Origin: Octopus bimaculoides
Taxonomy: Eukaryota
Reading direction: 5' to 3'
DNA: 64,000 bases
Assembly: GCF_001194135.2 (NCBI RefSeq)
Contig: NC_069003.1
Span: 21,269,284-21,333,283, forward strand
The position numbers and the translations under genes were made by a program. Numbering within the stretch: the stretch's first letter is position 1; each line of letters starts with the position of its first letter. Of this stretch, positions 48,608 to 60,045 are shown one piece after another. The notes under the pieces are model-generated. The model was not told where the DNA came from. It made no database searches and saw only the letters and a program-made list of their open reading frames with translations.

Positions 48608-51061
48608 CTTTCTGTCTACCAATGGGTTCATTGGACCCATTTCAGTTTTTTCAGTTTATATTTTCCTACTGTTTATATTATTTGACTCTGCTGGTTTCTT
48701 GTGACTTATTATTTCTTGACTCTCTTTTATTTGTCAAATGGGAAATTTTCTGTATATTTATAAAAGCTAGAAAATTTCACTTCATACATTAATTACCGTA
48801 TATGTCAATTGGCCCTTGCAATAAATTCAGACAATTACTCTTGTCATTCTAAACAGAATAAAAGCAGTGTCAAATATTATTTTCCTAGATATTTATCAGA
48901 TATAAAATAGATAAAATTGTATTCAATTTATTTGCTGAATTTTAGATTCGACAGGAAAAATTATGAAAATATTCCTGTAAATTTGTGTGGTATTGCATCA
49001 CCTTCAATCTGCTAGGTTATAGGGTGATGCAAAATTTCTATGTGATGACGCAATTCTTACAATATATTGCATCATCTTTCAGGAGAGTATAAATATGTGA
49101 GAGAGCATTATCTGTCTTTAGTCTACTATCAAATCGCAGATAGTTCAGTTGTGCTTTCCAATATGCCTAGATGTGAAAACTTGAATGAAGGCCAAATATT
49201 GAAAAGGTTATTGGAATTAGATAGTAGTGATTCCTTCTATTGCTCTGAAGATGATGGTGAAAATGATTGCGTGCTGGACAGTTTAGGTTCTGTGTCATCA
49301 AATGATGAAGATACTCAAAAACAATTATCTGCTAGTCACCCAATTATGAATGAGGAATACATTTCTAGGGACAGACAAGAAGTTTGGCATTCTAATTCTC
49401 TTACACAAGCAGCATTAAGAACTTCATCTTGCAATATATTGTGCAAAAAGAATGTGGACCATTCTGTTTTGCTAAAAGGTCTTGTGATAGCATTGAAACA
49501 TGGTTTACTATCTTTATGTGCCAGAATCTTCTTGAAGTAATTCGTAAATGGACAAATGCTGAAGGTCAGATTATTTACAAAGATAAATGGAAGGAAACTA
49601 ATCACTCTGAATTTATTAAACTGATTATTCTTATAGATGTTTATAAATCTAAACATGAAGATGTCATGCAGTTATGGAGTCAAGAAGATGGCTGCCCAAT
49701 ATTCAACAGAATTATGGGCTGGGGAAGATTTCAACAGATTTTACAAGTATTGCACTTTGATGATGCTAGTGCAAGAAGAAAAAAGAGAAGTGATGATAAA
49801 TTGGAGCCCATAAGAGAAGTATTTGAAATGTGGAATCAGAATATGCAAGATGGATATGTTCCAAGTTTATGCATGACAGCTGAAGAACAATTAGTTTCAT
49901 TCAGAGGGTACTGCGTATTCCGGGTATATATTCCTTCAAAACCAGGGAAATATCGAATTATAATTTGGGCAATATGCAACAGTGAAACATCTTATGCCTG
50001 GAAAATGCAAATCTACACCGGAAAAGTCCAGTAAAAGGGAGAGAGACAAATTAAGCTTCAAGAGTTGTTGAAGACCTAATAAAAGAACTTGAAAATACTG
50101 GCCACAATATAGCTTGTGATAATTTTTTTACAAGTCTAGGATTGGTTCAAAAGCTGCTTAGCAAGAAAACTACTTCAGTTGGAACAATTAGAAAGAACAG
50201 AGTTGAACTTCCAAGTGCTTTCACAAATGGAAAAGAAAGAGAAATTAACAGCACAATATTTGGATTTCAAAAGGATTCTATGATCCTATCTTATTGTCCC
50301 AAGAAAAATTATGCAGTCACACTTATGAGTACAATGCACTTGAAAAAGTACTGAAAAGAAACCTGAAATTATTACATGTTGCAACAAAACAAAAGGAGGA
50401 ATGGATACCCTAGATAAGATGGTAAGGACATACACTTGCAAAAGAATGACTCAAAGATGGCCTATGGTTATATTCTACAACATGATTGATATAAGTTCAG
50501 TGAGTGCTTTCATTGTTGCTTTACAGCTTCACTTGTAAAGTTTCAAGGATAAAAGAAGACGGTGCCTAATTCACTTAGGAAAGGAACTTGCTGGAGTTAA
50601 TGCTAAACAACAACATGACAAACAATCTTCTAGTTCCACTAACATTCCTGAACCAAACAAGAAAAGAAGATGATCTTCAGCCTCATTTGAGATTCCTCAG
50701 CCAAAGCAAAAATGAAGATGTTCTTTGTGTAACCCCAAAACAGACAAGAAAACTCGTACTACATGTAAGAGTTGTAATATCCATGTTTGCCAAGAACATC
50801 CCAATGTTGTCTGCACTGACCGCCATGAAAAGCTGTAAGTCTATTTTTTTGTCATTTTATAAATTTATAATATATTCTGTAAGCTGTATTATTCCTATTA
50901 AAATTTGTGAGAAACAGTAATTTTTCATTCACCTGGTAGCATATATAATGTAGCTAAGAAATAGTGGTGGTCTGAATAAGATTTAATTAAAAGAAAAATA
51001 CTGGGTCCATTAGACCCAGTTGGTAATTAGTGATGTACATTTTTCCCCAGTAGACCAAAGG
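48608..51061 (+). mobile_element. Full-length, inactive piggyBac-superfamily DNA transposon (2454 bp)
   Basis: TTAA at 48604-48607 and 51062-51065; degenerate TIRs (CTTTCTGTCTAC vs revcomp CCTTTGGTCTAC, 9/12); subterminal palindromes TGGGTTCATTGGACCCA (48623-48639) and TGGGTCCATTAGACCCA (51002-51018); internal transposase relic. Confidence 0.92.
49163..50838 (+). pseudogene. piggyBac (PGBD4-like, DDE_Tnp_1_7 type) transposase pseudogene
   Basis: Acidic N-terminus, then LEPIREVFE..., MTAEEQLVSFRG, YIPSKPGKY, CDNFFTS, GTIRKNR, PEII..NKTKGGMDTLD, RWPM..FYNMID and a C-terminal Cys-rich CSLC..TCKSC.IHVCQEH..C domain; several frameshifts and in-frame stops (e.g. 50032-50034, 50713-50715). Confidence 0.93.
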
Positions 51062-51250
51062 TTAATTGAGAAAAAGGTGGACAGAAAGTGGGGGTTGGTG
51101 GGGAAACTGCAGGGCCACCTGAGGTTAATTAAAAAACTGTTCCAATATCATTTCACAATAATAAATACTAATTAGGATGGCAAGTTTAAAACACAATAAT
51201 AAAAAAAAAATTAACAAAGAAAATACATAATAGTAAAACTGTTAGCACAG

Positions 51251-51318
<68 letters not shown>

Positions 51319-51872
51319 AGGACTCCGTTATCCAATATTGTCTTTTCTTTGTTAAGAAAGTAAGAAGTGATTTGAGGAAAATTGAGCTGCTACTTCTAGA
51401 AAGTTAAGCAGTTACTTATAGGCACCTTGATTGGCTTATGTTTGTTGTTGTTATTGAAGTTTGGTGCTAGCTTTGTTTTCTAACATAGTGTATCTAGGAC
51501 TACATTATTCAATGCTTCTTTTCTTTATATCTAAATACCAGGGTGTGATTTGTGGGAAGTTTGACTGTAATTTCTAGCAGGTCATTCAGATGTTTTCATG
51601 GTTCCCTTGTTGATTTTGTCCTTTCCTCAGCTTCCCTACACCTTTTTCTCCTTCTACTTAATGCGTGAATATGTATCTAGAAATATGTATGTGGATATGC
51701 ATGTATGCACACACACACACACACATATGCATACACACACACACACATATGAAAGGCATCTTCTAGTTTCCGAAACCAAATCCACTCACAAGATGTTACA
51801 CTGTAGGACTCAACCATACAGCCACACCTGTATGTATGTATGTGTGTATATGTGTGTGTATGTGCATATATG

Positions 51873-51906
<34 letters not shown>

Positions 51907-52491
51907 CATGCATACATACACAATTACCAGGGTTCAGATTCAATCCTGGTGCCTGGCATCTGGGGCCAGTATCTTTTACCAGGGCCTCAGGTCCACTAAA
52001 GCTTTGTGTAAAATTGCATAAATGGAAGCCCATGTGGAAGCACAAACAGACACACAAATGTATGTGTAAGTGTGTGCGTATTTATGTATACGCACACACA
52101 TACACAAGGACATACATGTGCATATATAAAACACATACATGTACATACACACACACATAACTCCTGATACATCTAATGTTGTGTGTGTGTGTGTGTGTGA
52201 CTGTGTGTGTGTTCATGCATGAAAGTGAAAAGGGTGGAAAGCAAGGGAAATCAAGAAATGCCTGACAGAAGAAAAGAAATTCATTAATTCATGGAAGTGT
52301 GTGAAGTAAAGCTTGTAATATATTTATTTACACCCATTTAATTCATTACCCATGTCTGCTGTAGTATCTTTGATCACTGGCCTGTTTGAGCAGAGCAGGC
52401 TTAGGGTTAACAACAACAACAACAACAACAAATGAAGGCTCAAGAAAATACTAGAAACAGTTGTCAGTTGTGGGGCTGAAAATAATGTTAC

Positions 52492-53060
52492 ATAGGCACA
52501 GGTTAAGAAACCTGCTTAGCAACAATGTGGTTTCAGGTTCATCCCCACTGTACAGCACCTTGGGCTAGTGTCTTCTACTATAGCCCTGGGCTGACCAATG
52601 CCTTGCAAATGAATTTTGTGACAAAAGCTATTATGAAGAAACTCTTCACACACATACATACATACATACGTACATACATACATACATACGTACGTACATA
52701 CATACATACATACATACGTACGTACGTACATACATACATACGTACGTACGTACGTACATACATACATACATACATACGTACGTACATACATACATACATA
52801 CGTACGTACGTACGTACATACATACATACATACATACGTACATACATACATACATACATATACATACATATAAATATAGACACATGTGTGTCTGTCCTCC
52901 ACTACCACTTGACAACTGGTGTTGGTTTGTTTATGTCTCCATAGCTTAGTGATTTGGCAAAAGAGACAGAGAGAATAAACACCCGACTTAAAGGGAAAAT
53001 AATTACTGAGGTCAGTTTGATTGATTGAACCCTTCTAGGCAGCGCAACAAGTAAAAGAGA
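52492..53060 (+). mobile_element. SINE family A with an expanded internal (TACA/TACG)n array
   Basis: Head and tail colinear with family A; microsatellite at ~52647-52870. Confidence 0.8.
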
Positions 53061-53929
53061 TCTATAGAAATAGATAAAGAGGAAAAAGAAATCAGAATAC
53101 AGCTCTTCTGATATTGTTAACATCATCAGGATATGGTTAGTTGTGACAACTTGGAATATCCTGACGGCATTTCTATGACAGAAATAGAGGGTCATGAATT
53201 TGGTGGTACTACTTTGGGGCTGCTACCGTGATGCCTGAAAACCTACTCTGGAGGATACAAGAGACGATCAGTGAGGACTACAGCTCTAACTACATAGCAT
53301 GGAAATGACATTCTATTGGACCTCCAGGCAGAAGTGTTGGTGCGCCTGTGTGTGTGAGAGTGGTGTTGGGGAGAAGGGAAACTTGTTTGGACACCAACCC
53401 TAGCCAGGGTAGATGCATTTTACAGGATCTTTTTGCAGCAGGGGGAGTCCATTGGGACTGCAATCCTAACTGCCTGAAATGGAAGCAACATTCTACTGGA
53501 TTTTTGGGGCGAAAAATGGTGGAGAAGGACCTGTTTGGACACCAACCCTGGCCAGTGTAGACACATTTTAATGGATCTTCTGGTAGCAGGGGAGGATCTG
53601 TTGGGACTGCAGCCCTAACCAAGAGTAGTGACAATCTACTGGAACTTCATGGGTGCACTTTAACATTGTACCCAGCATCTTGTTAGTGAAGATACTAATG
53701 GTGAAGTGACAAACATTATTGGTGTTATCATATTATTGCAGCTATCATCCATCATAGCTGTGATGGACAATAGCTGACAATAGAGTGTATGTAACTCACT
53801 TCTAGCTGTTTCCCCAAACTTAGGACATACATCACTGTAACCTTGGCATGGTTATAAAAGTAATCTAGAAGATATCTCTGTAGGAGTTGTATGATTACAT
53901 TGTGTAACAAAATTTTAATTTTTCTTTTG

Positions 53930-55005
53930 TCTTTGGTCAGTAAGTGTTATTTCCTATTTGCTTCTATCTAGAAATCAAAGGAAATGACCACTATTCCCTT
54001 TCAAACTTTGCTTTGTGACCTGGACATCAATGTTTTGAAACTGACCTACTTTCCATTACATTTCAGACAGATTCAGTGCTGAGTTGCTGAAGCAGAAATA
54101 TCATTATAGCAAATCTTCTGCTCAATACCACAGATTTGCTTGTCTCTTGCTTGACCTTAACCACTTGAGCATGTCTCAAGTGGTTGACAATATGTGCATC
54201 TCTGATCATGAGCAGAAGTAGTGGGGGAGCATCGTAGCCATGTGTTGAGAGGGATTCTTTAGGGTTTGAATAGATGTAACAAAAGCAAAGCTTGAAGGAA
54301 ATAATATTAGCCATTTTTAATACTTTCTAGGGGTAAGCAAATAGGAAATAACGGATCTTTTTTAAAACGGGGGCCACATTTTTCATTAACGAAACACTTT
54401 GAAACTTGGAACACTGGTAGAATGTGTCATATAAAACATCTTTTTCTCTTAGTCTTCTTTAAAAANNNNNNNNNNNNNTAAAAAAAAAAGAAATCCATAA
54501 ATTATTCCATGTTAAAGTTGTCGTATTTCTGTAATTTCAACCAATCACTGACGTCCATTCAGCCGATATACATTAAGCGCCGACTACATAAACAAACGAT
54601 TCTGAAACAATTAACCCTAACCCTAACTCTAACCCTAACCCTAGGGTTAGGGTTAGGGTTAGAGTTAGGGTTAGGGTTAAAGTAAATTTAAAATGAAAAA
54701 AGCAAATAAAACGAAGAATCATTTGTTTATGTAGTCGGCACTAAATGTATCTCGGCTGAATGGACGTCAGTGATTGGTTGAAATTATCGAAATAAGACAA
54801 TTTTTTACATGAAATAAATTCGAATACAAAAATATTTTTCTGTTCTATAACACAAAATAGATAAGTATACGAAGTTTGAAAGTCTTTCGGTACCAAAAAC
54901 ACTACGTAAAACATTAATGAAAAATGTGGCCCCCGTTTTAAAAAAGATCCGAAATAACAGTTGCTACACAAGGACAAAAATCGTGTTACACAGTGTTACA
55001 GACAT
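53930..55005. mobile_element. Unclassified interspersed repeat, split by the 54352-54951 insertion
   Basis: Colinear with the uninterrupted copy at ~35100-35580, including the empty target site ATAGGAAACAACAGTTGCTAC. Confidence 0.8.
54352..54951 (+). mobile_element. Non-autonomous TIR element (600 bp) with 38-bp perfect TIRs, 6-bp TSD and central head-to-head telomeric repeats
   Basis: TIR CGGATCTTTTTTAAAACGGGGGCCACATTTTTCATTAA at 54352-54389 and 54914-54951; TSD AAATAA at 54346-54351 and 54952-54957; (CCCTAA)n-(TTAGGG)n at 54612-54679. Confidence 0.9.
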
Positions 55006-55449
55006 AGCTGAATAACACCGACAGACCATAATGTCTCACTTAAAGAAGGTCAAGTTGGAATAGACAAACTACAAAAAAAACAAAAAAAAAATAGAAAATA
55101 AAAAAGAAACCCAACCAGGAAAAAATATTTCAGCCAATACAAAGAATATTGAAATAGAAAATATAGATGATTAGGAATATTGATGCAAGAGCGGTCCCTA
55201 TAATTATTGTATCAGTGGAAGTAGTAGCTGTAGTGATGAATGATATAGAGAAGAACATCAAAGAACAGCCAATTATAACTTCTGTTTGAATATAGTGGCG
55301 GCACTCCTAAAAAGGGTGGCCACCATATTTTATAAAACAACATCATTAAGATGAAAACCACAAACTTGCTTTACTATACAGCAACAGAATTGCATTGACG
55401 GAGTACACATGTACCCATGTACAGGAAATGATGTTCTTGATGATGATAG

Positions 55450-56649
55450 CAATCCTTTCTACTATAGGCACAAGGCCTGAAATTTGGAGGAGGGGGTTAG
55501 TTGATTATATCGACTCCAGTGCTCAACTGGTACCTAATTTATTGACCCCAAAGGGGTTGGAAAGCAAAGTTGACCTCAGTAGCATTCGAACTTAGAATGT
55601 AAAGTAGCTGGAAGAAATGCTGCAACATATTTTATTCAACACATAAACAATTCTGCCAGCTCAACACTTTAACAATAGTTGTATGCTGTCAACTTAATGT
55701 GACAGTCCCCTGAAAGGAATAATACTACTGTTGGTTTGACCTAGGAAGTTGCACCGCTTCCTGCCAGCCTTGACACATTTCCTGTGTCCTTATGTTTACA
55801 AGGGGAAGACAGGAATAAAAATAACAATCCTTTCTAATAAAGACACAAGGCCTGAAATTTAGAGGAAGGGCTAGTTGATTACATCGGCCCCATTGCCCAA
55901 CTGGTACTTATTTTTATTGACTCCAAAAGGATGAAAGGCACATAAGGACACAGAAAATGTGTCAAGGCTGACAGGAAGTGGTGCAGCTTCCTAGGTCTAA
56001 CCAACAGTAGTATTATTCCCTTCAAGGGACTGTCACATTAAGTTGACAGCATACAACTACTTCATCGTATCGCTACTGCATAAATTTCTCTGAGAGATTT
56101 AGAAATGTATTATTTCTAAACTCTAATAATAATTCTTTCTAATTTTGGCACAAGGCCAGTATTTTTGAGGAGAGAGGGGCAAGTTGATTACATCAACCCT
56201 AGTATTTGACTGGTACATTCTTCGTTTTATCAACACCAGATAATAATTACAGTTAACCTCAGCAGAATTCTAAGTCAGAACATAAAGAACCAAAACAAGT
56301 TCAGCAAATATTTTTGCTGATACTGTAATGATTTTGATAATCCAGTAATAAAAATAATAATCCTGAAATTTAGAGGAAGGGCTAGTTGATTACATCGACC
56401 CCATTGCCTAACTGGTACTTATTTTTATTGACTCCAAAAGGATGAAAGGCAAAGTCGACCTCAGTAGAATTTGAACTCAGAACGTAAAGAAAGGATGCTA
56501 AGCATTTTGCTTGGCATGCTAACATTTCAGCCAGATCACCACCAACCATAAGAGCATCACAGCAAACCACAGCACATACCCAAGGCACACAGAGCTGCGC
56601 TCGGTAGTGAAGTGAAAGCATGTGATAAAAATAAGACTACTAAATAATG

Positions 56650-56690
<41 letters not shown>

Positions 56691-57010
56691 CCTTTCTACT
56701 ATAGGCACAAGGCCTGAAATTTGGGGGAGGGGTTATAGTTGATCACACCGATCCCAGTTTTCAACTGGTACTTAATTTATCAACCCTGAAAGGAGAAAAG
56801 GCAAAGTCGACCTTGGTGGAATTTGAACTCAGAACATAAAGGCAGACGAAATACTGCTAAGTATTTCATCCAGCATGCTAACAATTTTGCCAGCTTGCTG
56901 CCTTAATAATAACAATAATAATAATAATAGTTTCAAATTTTGGCACAAGGCCAGCACTTTTAACGGGAGGTCAATAGGTTACTATGTTGACCTCAGTATT
57001 TAACTGGTAC
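55450..57010 (-). mobile_element. Second cluster of SINE family C copies and fragments
   Basis: Copies at ~55450-55670, 55830-55940, 56130-56330, 56360-56540, 56690-56905, 56930-57010. Further copies at ~4840, 12140, 16500, 21730, 22335, 30780, 31345, 34240, 39300, 39930, 59293(+), 60860, 61110. Confidence 0.8.
55676..56059. repeat. 120-bp inverted repeat (7 mismatches) around a 144-bp spacer
   Basis: Arms 55676-55795 and 55940-56059 compared base by base. Confidence 0.9.
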
Positions 57011-58076
57011 TTATTGAGGCATAGTTTGAGGGAGATTTGGTTGCTTTTTCTTGCAGGTTGAGTGACTCTGTAGTGGTTCCCTTGTTGACTTATTAGGGAC
57101 ATAACATGTCCCTAATAAGGACATATAAAAACAAATGGCGATATTACAATGTTTATGATATCCACTCAACCACAAGATATGACTTATGTTGTTGTGCTTT
57201 ATGACAGAAAACAAGAATTATGTTGTTGGAACTAAGATGTTTCTTGCAAAACAAAGCAAAAAAAAAAATAATAAATAAACTGATAATATTCCCAAACAAG
57301 TGAACACAAATGGTGCAAACAGAAGGGATCCGGTTAGCAGTTGTGTGTTTGTCAACTTGTAAATCATATCACACATTTGTGTTTACCACCTAGCTGGCAA
57401 TGGGTGCCAAGACAGGAAATTAGAAGAATTATTTCAATGTCAGACAGAATCCTAGAACCCTTTGTAGTATTCCTTCTGGCTCTCTATGCTATAAGTTCAA
57501 ATCCTGCCAAGACCGATTTTTCCTTTCACCTTTTTGGGGTTGATAAATAAAGTGTCAGTCTCTTTCTCTCTCTCTAGTTTATGCCAGTTCAAAAGGTGTA
57601 GTCTTCCCACATTATGTCACACTGATGCTGCATGAGAATTGCATTAACTTCCACTCATACCTGTGGAATCCTCAGTCGCTTACATGTGAATTTCCCCAAG
57701 TAGGAATTTAATCAGAGAGACAACTGAATCATCATCAAAGATATTGATGGAGAATTCAGTAAAAGAGTACCAGAGTGGAGGAACAACATGCTGTCGTGAT
57801 TAATTAAACTTGTAGTACTAATGAGTATTTTATTAGTTTGTAGTACTAATAAGTATTTCATTTTTAGAAGAACTAACAAATATTTTATTAGCTTGTCGTA
57901 ATAATGAGTAGTTTGTTAATTTGCAGTACTCAAAATGTAAAGGAGCCAATCAACTGCCTCGGTTAGCCATTTTTGTTACCATATTTCTGTTGTAATACTC
58001 TGCCATTGTTTCAATTAATTTTGAAAATAGTGAGAATTTGGTAAAATAACTTTGTTGTTATTATTACTATTATTAT

Positions 58077-58162
58077 TAGTTTATGTAGGACTGAAGTAAC
58101 TCAACAGAAGTTTTTATATCTATAAAAACTTCTGTTGAGTTACTTCAGTCCTACATAAACTA
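58077..58162. repeat. Perfect palindrome: 42-bp arms, 2-nt loop
   Basis: TAGTTTATGTAGGACTGAAGTAACTCAACAGAAGTTTTTATA-TC-reverse complement. Confidence 0.97.
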
Positions 58163-58191
58163 GAAGAATGAATTAGACTGACATGTTTATT

Positions 58192-58236
58192 TTGAACCTG
58201 TTGAAGGCACACGGGATGCCGAAGTATAGTTTCAAC
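58192..58236 (+). ncRNA. Degenerate minimal hammerhead-like motif
   Basis: TTGAAC-CTGTTGA-A-GGCA-cacggga-TGCC-GAAG-TATA-GTTTCAA. Confidence 0.4.
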
Positions 58237-58374
58237 TACAAATAAATAACTGTTGCTTTCGAGTTGTGCTTTTCATCATTAAGTTTGCTTTGGTGATGGA
58301 TTATGTCAGCTTTGTTTACCTTAGTGATGGATTGTGTCAATCGTATTCAAGTAAAGAACTCTTCTCTCTATATC

Positions 58375-58422
<48 letters not shown>

Positions 58423-58744
58423 GCTCGTATCTGGAATATAAATGAGCATGAAGTTTTGATGGAAGAAAGTCTTAGCTTAGATCACTTTAAAGCAAGAAGT
58501 TTGTATTATAGAACAGGGGGACAGCCTCTGGTGGATCTCTTGTGGGTTTGGCACCCAAAGAGTTAATAACAATTACATTTATTGCTAATGTTACACAATT
58601 ATTAAAGGTGGTGAGCTGGCAGAAGAAATTAACATACCTGCTCCCTTGAAATTGCTGGCCTTGTACCAACATTTGAAACCATTATTATTATTATTATCAT
58701 TATTTTAAAAGGATTGACATAACTCTTCACAAAGATAAATAGAT

Positions 58745-59268
58745 TACACGAAGAGCATGATGTGATTGCAGTAGAAGTTTTATTGGTTGAATGATATTTC
58801 GACAGCCAGCCTATCTTTGTTGAGTTCAAAATGCAAAGTTATACATAGAAATTCAAATCCAAAATTTGTATGAGGGCAACCAGTGTTCCCAGGTTGATGG
58901 AATGGCATCATCAGTCTTCAATTTTCAAGTTTACAACTGGCAAAGAAAAAAGAAAGAAAGAATAAGAGAAAAATGGTAAAAGAAAAGGAAAAAGAAGAAT
59001 ATTTAAACAGTTTTGTGTAAATATTTATACAAAACTGTTTGATTAAATATTTTTCTTTTTCCATTTCTTTTCTCTTTCTTTCTTTTTCCCAATTGAAGAC
59101 TGATATTGTCATTCTATCAATCTGGGAATGCTGGTTGCCCTCACTGAAATTTTGGATTTGAATTTCTATGAATCACTTTTCATTTTGAATTCAACAAGGA
59201 CAAGCTAGCTGTTGAAATATCATTCAACCAATAAAATATGTATTGCAATCACATTGTGCCCATCGTAT
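58745..59268. mobile_element. Foldback element with ~180-bp imperfect inverted arms and a purine/pyrimidine mirror interior
   Basis: TTTTATTGGTTGAATGATATTTC vs GAAATATCATTCAACCAATAAAA; ATAGAAATTCAAATCCAAAA vs TTTTGGATTTGAATTTCTAT; GAGGGCAACCAG vs CTGGTTGCCCTC. Confidence 0.75.
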
Positions 59269-59997
59269 TGTTTATTATTATTATTATTATTAAGGCAGTG
59301 AGTGGGCAGAATCGTTAGCATACAGGACAAAATGCTTAGTGGTAATTAATTTGTCTTTATGGTCCGAGTTCAAATTCCACCGAGGTTGACTTAGCCCTTC
59401 GTCCTTCTGGGGCTGATAAAATAAGGACCAGTGAAGTACTTAGGTGGATGTAATTGACATACCCTCTTTCCGAAAACTGCTGACCTGGTGCCGATATTTG
59501 AAACCAATATTACATAATTATTATAATGATTATTGCTAACATCAGAACAAGGCCACATATTTTGTAGATCATAATCAATCAAGACAGACCCAAGTATTTA
59601 ACTGGTACTTTTATTTTTCATTTGAAGGGCAAATAGTAAATTTGACCTCAGCGAGAACTGAGGTCAGAAATCAGAGGACATAATTAAATTAAATTCTTTG
59701 AAAGGCACCGAGTTCACTACCCTGATAATCCACTACCTCTGTAATCCTCATAAAAGATTGTTTTTTTACCATTTGTTTTTTTGTTTTTTTTTCAGAACTA
59801 AATTTTGTAAGGAAAAATATACAGCAGTAGATTATGTCTCAATATATTACTGGTACTTCAACTTGATTTTTGAAATCAAGCAATCAAAAAAGAAGCAGAC
59901 TTAGATGAAATTTGAACTCAGCACAATGAGATAGCCAGATGTGGAGACAAGAGCACACTGTGTTCAATAAGCATCTGAATGCACTTTGTTACAAATG

Positions 59998-60045
<48 letters not shown>

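Noticed and set aside
53800-53877. 78-nt AG/GT-bounded open segment (RYLLDYFYNHAKVTVMYVLSLGKQLE)
   Set aside because: Weak acceptor, no FARP similarity, and phase 0->0 cannot feed the phase-1 exon at 39894 directly.
54612-54679. Chromosome end or ancestral telomere fusion site
   Set aside because: Only about 11 units, enclosed in a TIR element with a TSD and an empty-site paralogue, so it arrived by transposition.
55040-55068. 29-nt segment with a strong pyrimidine tract and GTGAGA donor
   Set aside because: Lies in an interspersed repeat with an A-rich tail, and the frame needed to join exon 39894 contains a stop.
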